Part shown: one piece after another, positions 10,843 through 22,800 of the stretch | Layout: the number at the start of each line of letters is the position of its first letter | Position numbering within the stretch: position 1 is the first letter of the stretch | DNA from: Amphiscolops sp. MND2022 | Taxonomy: Eukaryota | DNA: 64,000 nucleotides | Direction: 5' to 3' | Assembly (NCBI GenBank): GCA_964187785.1 | Contig: OZ076409.1 | Location: 98,458,001-98,522,000, forward strand | The notes under the pieces: model-generated | The model's input: only the letters and a program-made list of their open reading frames with translations | The model's database searches: none | What the model was told of the DNA's origin: nothing | Translations under genes and position numbers: made by a program

Positions 10843-12210
10843 TTGAACGAAAAGACACAACTGTTGGATGAAAAACATTGAACTTTTGTTGTATTTTGAT
10901 TATTGTTGAAATCTGTTGTCTTTGCTCACTTGTTAAAAAATCTTTTGTCTTTGTTCTTTGGTCTTTTCAGTTGTCTAGGATTGTTCAATTGAATCAGGGA
11001 CCTCTTTGATACCATGGCTCTAGAATTTAAATTGTATTCAAATATTTAAATTTAAATAGAATTTAAAATCATCAACACCAATAAGAAGTAACTTTGATTT
11101 ATCAAGATTTGAGAAGATCCCAACTCTCGCCGAGAAAATTGATGTTCATGGCAATGGCCTTGTTCAAATTCGAAATTGTTTAAGATTTCCAATTCCCTGG
11201 CATTTACAATACGATTTCTTCAAGGTTTGCAGTTTATTGAATGAGATATCAGCCGATTCGCCCAAATAAATGGTTCAAATACAGAAATGTTCAGGATTTG
11301 CACTTTATTGAATAAGATATCAACAGAGATTTGATTCAGTATATGTCATTGGCTGTAATAATACCAGAATAATATTGCAATGGATACTATAATTCAAATC
11401 AGGAAATCTAAGAATACTCACAAGTTGTATAAGGAAGCCTATTTTCAACAAGTTTTAAGCGTATTAGGATTTATAATACAAAGTATCAACATTACTTGTT
11501 TTGAGTACTAGGATTACTTATAACGTGGGGGGAAACATTTTGAGGCATTTGTATACGAATTATAAGGAATCTGATAATTATCAAATCTGAGGAAACTGAA
11601 TACATTTGTAATGTATTAACAACTGAAAAATGTATCAGTAATACCAATACTTCAATGCATATTGGCTTATAAGGAAAACTTAGGCATTTTAGACACGTAT
11701 ATTTACGCGCACTCTGAAAGTTGTGTCTTGTAATGATAAAGTATTGGCAATAACCACTCTTCACCAATCTTCCGACAACCCAGCTACGACCAGAAGGAGC
11801 CCAGGCCCGAATAGAGTTGGCTTAACTTTGTGGTCACTTGGCGTAAAATTTTTGGGTGGCTGTAAATAGGTCGAATTTTTCTGGTCGAAAGGACAGAGGT
11901 CGAACCTTTTGATCGAATTGCAGGGATCGAATGGAATGCAGTCGAAATTTATTGTATTTGTTGTATGGCTCGGTCGCTTCGCTCCCTCCGCCAAGTGGTA
12001 AATGGTCACTTGGCTTAATGCCATTTGGCTTAAAGTCATTTGGCTTAATACAATTGGTCACTTGGCCTAATATTTTTAAGCTAAGTGTCTCGTGTATTGG
12101 CCACTTGGCTTAAAGTCTTTTGACTTAAAACCACTTAGTTGAAAACACGTGGCAGATTTTGTCGAATTCATCTTTATAACGTAGTCTAGTCAGCGTATTA
12201 TTATAACATG

Positions 12211-14706
12211 TCATATCAAGTACCCCTCGGAAATGTCCCCATGAGAGGATACATAATCATTTGAACGAAACACCCATTTCATAGCTCTACTGTTAAATTT
12301 TTCCAATTTCCTAAGGCCTTCAATAGAAGCACACCAACATGGTGAGGCATATAGTAGAATAGAAATTATGCAGGACTGATATAATTGCTTTTTGCGTTGA
12401 ATTGATATCCCAAAAGGTAAGTTTCGTCTAAGAAAGTTGAGAACACGTGTGCATTTTGCAATTTGGCGATCAATATGAAGACCACAGTTTAAATTATTAT
12501 CTATGGTAAGGCCGAGATCAACCACATTTTGAGCTTTTTGAAGGGGAGTTCCTTGTAATACGAGATCGTATTCTCCCGAGTTAAATGGTAAATAGAGACA
12601 TTTCGTTGGATGGAAATGCTGAACATTAACTTCGGACCAAGATGATAGGCTGTTAATATCGCATTGAACGAATTCGGAGATGGATAATGAATGCAATTTG
12701 AAATCATCGCAAAACATAAAGTAATGACTATATTTCACTTCATCGGGAAGGTCATTAACAAAAATAACGAAAAACAGAGGGCCCAGTACGCTACCTTGAG
12801 GAACCCCAGAAGTCACATCAATTACATCAGAGAGCATACCATTAACCTTTACACATTGCTTCCGATTTGTGAGATACGATGTGATAAGCTCAATAAATGC
12901 GTTATCAAAGCCAAATAATTGCAGTTTATAAATAAGAACATGGTGAGGAACAGTATCAAAGGCCTTTTTAACGTCAAAATAGACGCTAACAGATGGGGTA
13001 TTGTTATCAATTGATTTGTAGACATGGTCTAAATAAGAAACAAGTTGGCTAACAGGATTTCTATGCTTCATGAAGCCATATTGCTGAGCTTTGATGAAAT
13101 GACACACCCGAGGATAAATAAAATCGAATAGAAGTCTTTCACAAACTAAAGACAGTTTTGGCAGATTGCTAATAGGACGATAATTCATGACATCATTTGT
13201 GGAACCACTCTTGTGGAGAGGGGTAACAAAAGCAATTTTCCAGCAGTCAGGCCATTTTCTAGTTGAAAAAATATAATGAAATAATTCTATAACAGCTGGT
13301 GCAAGTAAATTGAAGCAATTGTTTAGAACAAAGGATGGTAATTCGTCGCAACCTATTGAGCTACTGTCCGGACATTTGCGAAGCAGGGCTTCTACATTAG
13401 CTATAGAAAAATTTACATCATTAAGGCAAAGTGATTGGGTGCCTAATTGGTTTCGAGCATAAAGTGATTTAGGGCTGAATGTAGACCCGAAAAATTTGTT
13501 GAATAAGTTGGCTTTTTCGTAGTCTGTAGAGGCTGAAACATCATTGAATTTCATAATCGACGGTATATGACTACCGTTTTTAAGAGAACGAATAAGTTTA
13601 AAGCAACTATTCGGCGAGTCCAGATTTAGTTTGTCAGCAAAACAAAGCTTATCAAGTTCAATTGAATCATTTATCTCCTGGGACAAAAACTTTTGCTTGT
13701 TTGCAAGGGCAGAGTTGAAGGGATGACGTGACATTTTTCTGTTGTTTGTCCGGCTTTGATTGATGAGATGCAATGTATGAGATCAAAAATAGAAGGGAGC
13801 ATTGATTCGACGTGATCGTTTTGTAGCAATTGATAGAGGTACCGCATTTTTAATAAGCCCATACCAAGAAGAAATGAAATCAGGATTCTGAGTAGAGTAG
13901 CTGGTGAACAGATTGTACAGAGGGTCGAGATGCTGCGAAAATATGTCAGGTCTAAATGTGCTTTTAGAGATAGAACAGGTAGAGGGCTCCCAAATATTAG
14001 ATTGTTCAACTTGAAAAAGAACGGGGTAATGATCAGAAAATCGATTATTGTAAACTGAATAGCAGAGTTCGTCACATGTGGAAAAAAGGAGGTCAAGAGT
14101 GTTTCCCTTAATATGAGTAGGTACAGTAATAAATTGATTCAGTCCAAGATCGGCAACCAGATCCAAAAATTCCATGTCAGTAGACTGACTAGAAGATAGG
14201 TTGACCCAATTAATCTTAGGAAGGTTAAAATCACCAACAACGTAAATTACATATGGGATATTAGTACCACGTTTTTCTCGAAAGGAGGTGAAAATTTTAT
14301 AGTATTCATGCAAGCAATTAGACAGAGTAGGCAAAGCAACTTGAAATTTAGGCGTTTGCGGATTGTAAATAGCAATAAAACAATTCAGACAGTGATCGTC
14401 AATAATAACGCAGCCGCCTGAAAAGTAATATCGCTTAATAGATAAATTCACAATTTTGTGAAACAATGATAAAGAGGATGCAGTTAAGAGTCCACCATGT
14501 TCACCTGATTCCCTTTCATTTCTGTTGACAACTTTGAAGTTATTACCGAGGAAGATTTCTGTTTCGGGTATATCGGATGTAAGCCAGGTTTCAGTAAGGA
14601 ACATTAGGGAAATATTTTCAGTAAACACCAGTGAAAGTAACGCTTGTCGTTTATCAAGAAAACAAATCGATTGGCAGTTCAGTATAAGACAATTTACCTT
14701 ATCCAG
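12211..14706 (-). pseudogene. LINE ORF2 (APE endonuclease + reverse transcriptase), frameshifted near 13780
   Basis: LNCQSI, LTETWL, VGDFNLP, TLDLLF, SDHYPV (EN); NYRPIS, DVKKAFD, GVPQGSVLGP, FCDD (RT). Confidence 0.9.
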
Positions 14707-15603
14707 TCATGCACTTTCAACTTCAACCTTTTCACCTTGGTAGAAGAGTTGTAGTTTCTTGATTTTAAATTGAGATTTATCTTTGCCTTGGTTAGCAATC
14801 ATATCGTAACGTTTTGCAAGAATTTTCTTTTCAAGTGCCCGATCATCAGGTGATAACAGTTTTTTAATGTAAACGGGATCATCGTAGTTTTGAAGTTTAT
14901 GACTTCGAGCAAAACACGTTTCCATAAACAGAGGGTTGGAGGAAGTGACAATAATGGGGCGGCATTTTCGGCGCTCATTACTGCCCTTAGGCAATGATTT
15001 ACCCAGACGACGAAGTGAGGTAATATTTCCAGAATGATTGACACCAATAAAAGATACTATTTTTTCCACCGATTATACATCGCTGTTAATTCTTTCATAG
15101 TGGGTTTCGCCTTTTTCAGGAACCCCAGTAATGATGAACTGTAAATCAGAACCACAGGAACGGTTTTGCCTAGGAAGCGATTCTTTAGGTTTAGGTTCAG
15201 CAGCTAGAGCATCACGGTACGATTTAATACCTTCATCCATAACATTTTCAATGTTACTTTTCATTTGGCTCGAGAGAGTATTCTTAAGAATTTCTTCTTC
15301 AAAAGTACTCTTAATGATTTCAGGAATATTGTTTTGCAGACAATCATTAATGTTATGTAATAGTGAATCAAACTTAGCTTCAGAGGTGAACAAGGATCCA
15401 TCGAGGCACAGGTTACACACCCAAAGACAGTTTCGTCTCTCGCCCAGCCACTGAACATCCTCCTCGGACAGAGAACAACACGTTCCATGATACCACTTTT
15501 CGCACTTCTCACAGCCAATTGCGTCGTTATCTCTATTCACTGGTTTCTTGCACTTTGGGCACTTAGGCGATGGATTCGATTGAAGGCGTTGACGACCCGC
15601 CAT
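14707..15603 (-). pseudogene. LINE ORF1 with N-terminal PHD finger, frameshifted near 15070
   Basis: CPKC..AIGCEKCEKWYHGTC..WVCNLC (C4HC3); IITGVPE, RRLGK, RPIIV motifs typical of CR1/L2 ORF1. Confidence 0.85.
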
Positions 15604-15848
15604 CCAAACATTCAATATAGGAAACTATTTAATAAGTTTATCACAACAATTAGGCTTGTGTTATAAAAATTTCGATCCGAGTTGTTTCGATCCCATTCAA
15701 AAATTTGGTATGTCGACCTGAGGACTAACTCTGATTTTCGATCCCGTTTCTTCGACCTTTTTCCGCCCACCCAAAATTTTTAAGCCTAATGACTCGACGA
15801 AAAAATTAAGCCAAATGGTATTAAGCCAAGAGACTGGTAACCAAGTGC

Positions 15849-16212
15849 AGCGTGCACAGAATTGACTTGAAGTTTGTGCCATCAGCAGACAACATGGCGG
15901 ACTTATTCTCAAAAGGGTTGGGCAGAATCAAGACGATACAGCACACGGAAGGACTTTCAGCCAAGCAGGAGTGTCAGGTTCAGATGGCTGAAAGCCGACC
16001 AGCTGACCGACAGCCGATGAAACTATTGAGGTCAAAATAGATAGCAGACTTGACAGGTACCTGCCAGACAGTGAACTGAATTGTACTTTTTCTGGCACCT
16101 GCTGTGACCTGTGAACATTAGTATATATATCGCTTCCAATTTCATTTGTGTCATTCCAATAATCAATTCAACTTTTAATCACTGAATCATTTTTGAGAAA
16201 TGATATTCTACA
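15849..16212 (+). mobile_element. Ty1/Copia LTR retrotransposon 3' fragment (RNase H end, PPT, probable 3' LTR)
   Basis: IDLKFVPSADNMADLFSKGL matches the Copia pol C-terminus; purine-rich AAGCAGGAG then TGTCA at ~15972; TATA-like run ~16122. The right end is approximate. Confidence 0.7.
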
Positions 16213-16466
16213 AACTGGTTAGGTCCAATTTGTAGAATACCAGTTTGTAGAATTCTGGAATTGAAGAAAAACGATAAGACCAATAGTGTAGGAATGATGC
16301 GAAGCATAAAACGTGCCTCTGATATGTCCCCATTTCCTCTAGTGCCCCGCGGCTCCTTGGGCCCGCTTATGTTCCCATCTTGCTAAGCGATGTCGAACAG
16401 GAGCAAAGACCTAGGGGGGAACGGAGATCGCGAACAGAATTCTACAAACTGGACCTAATTAGTTTT
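16212..16466. mobile_element. Short TIR element (MITE-like)
   Basis: AAACTGGTTAGGTCCAATTTGTAGAAT on the left versus ATTCTACAAACTGGACCTAATTAGTTT on the right (imperfect inverted pair). Confidence 0.55.
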
Positions 16467-16858
16467 TCCCAGTTACAGTTGGCAAAATTCTCGAAATAAG
16501 TCAAATTATTGGCCTATTTTTGGTCAATACCATTTTTCAGAGGTATTTAAATCTCTGGAGTCTTTTACTACTACTATACTCAACCTGAAAAGTCTGATTA
16601 AGAAGGAGGACACGGATCTTTTGTCCTCTCTTACATAATCCAGCTCGTCATTAAGCTGGTGCCATATTGATCTGTTGTAAAGTTGGAAAGCTGGGACGGT
16701 GGCACTCACATGTGATCTGCAAACGAGGAGAAACGTTTAGACTTTACTCATAGGTCAATCAGTAATTGTAGAGCCCATTTTAGTGTTACGCTATTTGTAA
16801 TAGTCCAACACGTTCATTTCACTAAGCTATAGATTAGCGCACCGCTGTTTTTTCAGAT

Positions 16859-19800
16859 ATGCATGTCCTAGTGTTACTGCTCCTGTGGCGCTTTAGCTTT
16901 GGAGGTGAGTGTTACCTTTCGGGCTGTAAAAGAGTATTGGCCCAACTTTTACTTTCAGTTTCAAAATCAGTTGATCACGGAGTCGTTGAATGAATTACAT
17001 TATGCAATCGTAAACTTTTCTCGGACAATTACGAGCAATTGCCAGCAGCAGTAGATCTATAGCAAAACTTGAAATCAGGTGATATTTGTTTTGTTGAACT
17101 CTGAGCCAATTTGTTTAGCGCTTCCCGATGAGCCTCCAGAACCGCAGGATCTTTTAATTGTCAAAGGGCTGGAATACGATTTCAGTTTTGAAGCTAGCGA
17201 ACGACAGTGTACAGCTCCAATTGGTTTGGAGAAAAAAGCCGAGTTCGATAACTCATTTTCAGCGTCGAGCTATTCCCAATCTGACCGTTCCCCAAATCAC
17301 GTGCGTTTGAACAGTAAGTATTTTCCCTTTTTCCTATCATTAATCCATGTTTTTTTGCAATGTAAGTAAAATACTGTCAAACTCTGATGCGAAAAACTCA
17401 AAAGGACTGCAAAAATGTTCCCCGTAGCCATACCATGTTGTTTGGACCATGTTGCGCTCTCGCTGCCAATTTATAAACACAATTTATCTTCCCGCTGACG
17501 CTAATTATATCCGGGATCCACTGTTCGTGTGATTCTTATTGCGTATTTTCGACTGGTTTTCTAGTTTAATACGTGAAAAATTGGCCCTTTAAACGCTATT
17601 AATGCTAGTCATAATGAATTTTTTCAGATTGTTTTAGAAATTTGGAATTGAATAATTTTTCTGGTTCATCATCATGTTTCTTATCAAGGTGTCACTGGAT
17701 GGCAACCAAAAACATCAGATCACTCACAGTGGCTCGCAATAGACTTGATGAAGGCCTACCAGATAACTGGCATTGCAGTTCAAGCTGGCAATTGGCAGGA
17801 CGACTCTTCTTCTGGAACTTTCGGCAATTGGGTCACCCGCTACAAGGTCCAGTTCAGTGATTCAAACAACCCCAGTGATTACGTGGATTACACCTTGAAC
17901 GGGGCTGTACAGGTAAGACTTCTCACTTTACCACTGACGAATTTTTTTAACGAAGGTGTATTAGGTAGCATAATATCGCCCTTCTTTCAGGGATTACTTT
18001 TTTAAACGAAAAATACAACTTATGGACGATTTTGAGGATGGCTTTTTTGAATTGCTCCATGCGATTCCGTCCAAATTAAGTTCAATCGAAAGCCTGTGAT
18101 GTGTAGGTTGAATCAAGTTGAACCGGTTTTCTGAATGTTTGGTTGTTTTTAGTCGGCGCTTTTCGAAGAAAAACGCAGATTATAGTAGTGATTTTTTTAA
18201 GACCAACGAACTGACAGATTTTATAAATTTTATAAGTATGCACTAACACTGCTGTCTGGCACTAACATTGTCTGGCACTAACACTAAACCACACTGGCAT
18301 AGAGGTTACGGCTTTTTGAGGTCTGCCAAGCGGAAGGACATGGGTTCGAGTCCCGCCCTTGACCACATTTTTTTGTGTAGATTTTTTTCGGCTTTGTGAG
18401 ACTTTTTTTCGCAATTTTTTTAATTTCTCCGAAGGGTCCACCCTTCATTTTTTTCCTATTTTGCAAAAGAATGGATGTTTAAAAACAGCCAAAGGGCCCC
18501 TTTTACATTTTTCGGTACAATGCGACTTACCAGAAACTTCAAAAAATTTTTGGAATTTTTTTTGGGTACTGTAGAGGAGAGTAATTGACATTTTGAAGTC
18601 CTTTTGCTATTTTTGAGCCTTAGATATGGCGCCGACTTGGGCCGTTCCCGGCTTGTTAAGTTCTTGTTGAGTTCTTGAGAAACTATTGGCGTTCAAATAG
18701 TAGTTTTGAAGGGAAAGTTTTACGGAAGCATCAGGAAGCCGCCGACATACCTTTCGACTAAACATCATTTTCTTTGGTAGGCAATCCATTCCTTTGGCAA
18801 TCAATTAATTGTAAACTGCTCATGTTGGGTACATTTTTGTACATTAATTGGTGATTGTGGTTTCCAACGGAGCCTTCAAATATCACCTGATTTTTTGGCA
18901 AAGTTAGCTTGAAGTGTTGTCGCCTTTTGAATGACGAGACGGGTTAATGGGAGAGTGTTTTCAGCACTTCGATGGGAACAGACACCGGTTCAACACGGTG
19001 AAGCAAGAACTGACCATCCCCATTGTGTCCCGCTACATCCGAATCGTGCCCGAAGCCTGGAACAGAGAAATCGGTCTCCGGGTGGAGCTCTATGGATGTG
19101 ATTACCGTAAGTATCCATCCATTCTTTCATTCCCCACGTAACTGCTAGGAGAGATATTGCTACATTGTTGTTCAATGAAGATGGGAAATTGAAAAGAAAT
19201 TTTCGACGAAATATTGGTCATGATAAAGAACGAATAATTCATGCATTAGAAAATGCTTGCAATGCTTTTTTAATTTTCAATTTAGTAACATCTTTTGGGA
19301 TCTCTGTGTTTTGGAAGATTGTGTTTTTGCTTTGGTTGATGATGAAGAAATTTTATTGCCCCAATTTCGCGGTATGGACGCCGAATAAGCAGTTTTTCTT
19401 CTCTAAGTTGGTGCGTTTTCGAATACTATCTCCCCATAGCAAACTGTGGTGGTATGTTTGCAACCAAATGGCCAAGCAGTGGTCGGTTTCAAAGCGACTT
19501 GCTCAAGGTCACAAAGGTCTGACTGCTGACCGTTCCTCTTTTTGTGTTTTGCTTTTCTCAGCCGAATGCATTATTTTTTGTCATTGACCATACCACTAAG
19601 CTAGGGATGAAGGACTTGCTCAAGGCCCAACAATGGTGAGTTGAGAGAGATTCGAACCTGGTACCGCCCAGTACAAGTCGAATGATCTAACCATGAGATG
19701 AGATTAATCAAACAAGCCGAGAACGGCATAAGTCGGCGCCATATCTAAGGCTCAGAAATAGCAAAAGGACTTCAAATAGCAAAAGGGGACCCTTTCGAAT

Positions 19801-22800
19801 TTTTTAACATCCATTGTTGAAAAACATCGAAAAATTGAAGGGCAACCCTTTCGAAAAACATTTTTCTTTCAAAAAAGTCTCATAATGCCATAAAAACTGA
19901 AGGAGGGGCCCTTTAGTCTCACCCGGTATTATTGTATGTAACGCGGAAAAACTTTTTTGGTTCACTTCGCTAGGCCATATGATTCAATTTGAGACCATAA
20001 CATTTCGTAGAACTATTTTGGTCCGTTCGTGTTGATTGAAAAAAGTCACTATAATAGTCGCGTCTCACTTCATGAAGCGCCGACTAAAAATCAAATACTG
20101 GTTGGTGTGTGTTCGCAGCTCTGGACATGATCAGTCTGACAGGGAAGGAAGTGTTCTGGATGAACGTGAACGGGGATCCAGGCAACAGTGTGTACCTGGC
20201 GCCCAACAAGACGGAGATCTCTCTGCGCTTCAAGACTGACAGACCCAACGGACTCATTGTCCATGGCATAGGCTCCACCGGCGACTACCTTGGCATCGAG
20301 CTACAGGCACGTCCATTTATTGGAACTTTCCATTTTCCTTATCCCCCCTCCCCACAAACTTTTCTAGATGATATTGTTTTAGCAATTAATTTGCTCTCAA
20401 TTGAGTTTCCAATGAAACATTTTACGTAATTTCAAAAAATTAATCTTTTTTTTAATATTAAAAAGTCTTGAAAAAAATTGTTCAGCTCATTGTTCTTCTG
20501 ATTTAATGTGTGTGTGTGTGGGGGGTTTGGATGTAGAGCCCATTTATTTCTGGGCTCTTTTCTAACACCAAACCCCTACCGCCCATTTTTTGCAAAATTA
20601 GTGAAAATATGACAAAAAGACTTGATTTACAAACCAGGAATCTTCAATTTTAAATTTATTTCCAGGGTGACAGCTTAGAATTGAAGTGCAAAGTTTGTTC
20701 ATATTATTTCAAGAGCCTATTTCTGCATACTCTCATCCTTCGTTTTAATAAAAGGAACCGCTTTTCTAAAGTTTTTCAATGAGAATTTCTCTCAAAAGAT
20801 GATTCGCGGCATTACATGTTGATATCATAGGGAATTATCTTTTTTAAAAACAAGCCGTGAACGGTCGAAATAGGCTCAATGTTTAAAAAGGTAAAGTTCA
20901 AATATACAAGACATTTTTGTTGAAATTTCATCAATTTTACAGTGCCAAAAAAACTCAAAAACTACATTCAAACAAGTAAGTCGCATAGTGCCGAAAACCT
21001 GAAGACCGAAAACATTTGCATCGAGCTACAGGCACGTGCATTCATTTATAATTTAATACCGAAGCGGCCTTGGCAGCCAATTAAAAACGACTTGAAACAA
21101 AATCAATTCAATTCCAAAATAAGTGAAGCAAATTACATTTCAAGTGAATCTAGTGAAGAATCAACAAACTTTCGGAAGTCAACTCATCTCAATTTCAAAT
21201 GAACAGAGAGTCGTTCTGAATGAATTCATGTATTGGAGAATGAGAATAAAAATAACTTGATCGCAAAAGGTTCATCACTGTTCAGTTTTTCGTTCTCGGC
21301 TATTAATTCATTCAAATGGGAATTTAATTCATTTTAATTCAAATTGTATTGCCTCAACTTCCTTCGTTCGCATAAAGTGTGCTTTTAAAATGATAGAATT
21401 TCACTCAATGTGGAGTTTTAAAACGGCGCTATGATTAAGATACAACTCAATTTTATTGGTCGATTCAAGTAATGTGTAAAAAGTTGTTTCTTAGTCAGTT
21501 TTTGACACTGCTGATTAGCGATTTAGCGAGCAGAATTTTTCCAGCGATTCAAATTAGCGGCAACTAATAGATTGTGAAAATTCGAATTTTCTCTTGAGTA
21601 TAAGAAGAGTTTCAAAATGGATTTTGAAAAATTTCAACTCCTACGGTTGTAAAACCCACACTGCATGAAAAATTCTAGTCTTTTCTCTCGCAAAAACTGA
21701 ATAAAGTCATTTTAAAACATACTTGAAGTTAAACATTCAATAGTTTGCGGGAAAAGCTTTTCAACCAAATATCGATTTTGAAATTAGCAGATTAGCGAGA
21801 AAAGTTAGCGATGTGAAAGCCCTGGTTAAAGTAAAACTGGTGTACTAATGTCGAATATGTTAATTAAATATAATGTGATTTTGCTTATCAGGCGGGAGTG
21901 TTGAATGTGAACATCAATCTAGGCACCAGTTCTCGCATAGACGGCAAGATGACTGTTTCTGTGGGCCATTCGCTCTACGACAACCAATGGCATTGGCTCT
22001 CCGTGAACAGAATAGGTAATAGTTGTAGATGCCCTTTCGTCCTTATTGATTCATTACTACTAATTTACTGGAAAAATAACTCAACCGAATTAGGAGTTTA
22101 GCCAAAATGGGTTTAGGTCGAAATTGCGGAAGGTCGAAAATGCAATAGGTTGAAGGTTACATGTCAAAATCTAAGTTAAACTCTCCCAAGTCAAAATCTC
22201 ATAGGTCAAAATCTCCTAAAATTAGAATATAAAACTCATCGAAAAACAACTCGCCAACTTAATTAAAGCATCTTTAATTGTCAATTACGTTTTCGTCACG
22301 TTACTTTAATCGCGTAAATGAGAACGACGTGGTGGTCGTTTTAATTACCTTCACTCATTAGTCAATTATGTAATAATCAATGACTGTCTCAGCTATTAAT
22401 GCTTAATCAAAGTTACTTTTTCACACTATGAAATTCACTTTAGGAGATTATGACCTAGGAGATTTAGATCTAAAGATTTTAGTTTAGGAGATTTTAACTT
22501 AGATTTTGACCGATACCGATTGAAATTGTCAACAGTTGAAATTGCATAGGACGAAATGACGTCATGTAACCAAATGTTATATTGGATGAAATGATTGAAT
22601 TTAATCATTTAATGGGTGCAACTTTAATTCGTCGAACATTCAAATCGGCGAAAAATGAAAAGCTATTCAATGCGTCGAAAGAATTCCATATCAGCGATTA
22701 TTTTCATTTGGTTATATTTTGTGGCGATTAGCATATTTGTTGTATGGCTCGGTCGCTTCGCTCCCTTCGCCAAGTAGCAACATTGAGGCATGGCCATATG

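Larger units (their letters stand above)
12211..15660 (-). mobile_element. CR1/L2-group non-LTR retrotransposon, decayed (frameshifts in both ORFs, 3' end apparently lost)
   Basis: PHD-containing ORF1 followed by APE endonuclease and reverse transcriptase; no introns. Confidence 0.92.
11832..15848. mobile_element. Diverged inverted-repeat DNA element enclosing the minus-strand LINE
   Basis: GGCGTAAAATTTTTGGGTGG..AGGTCGAA (~11840-11875) and TTGGCTTAATGCCATTTGGCTTAA (~12010) have reverse-complement counterparts at ~15752-15786 and ~15805-15848; ends and TSD unclear. Confidence 0.4.

Noticed and set aside
15400..15570. PHD finger as a 'reader' completing a writer/eraser/reader trio
   Set aside because: It is the ORF1 PHD of a decayed CR1/L2-group LINE, a known feature of these elements; the adjacency is likely coincidental.
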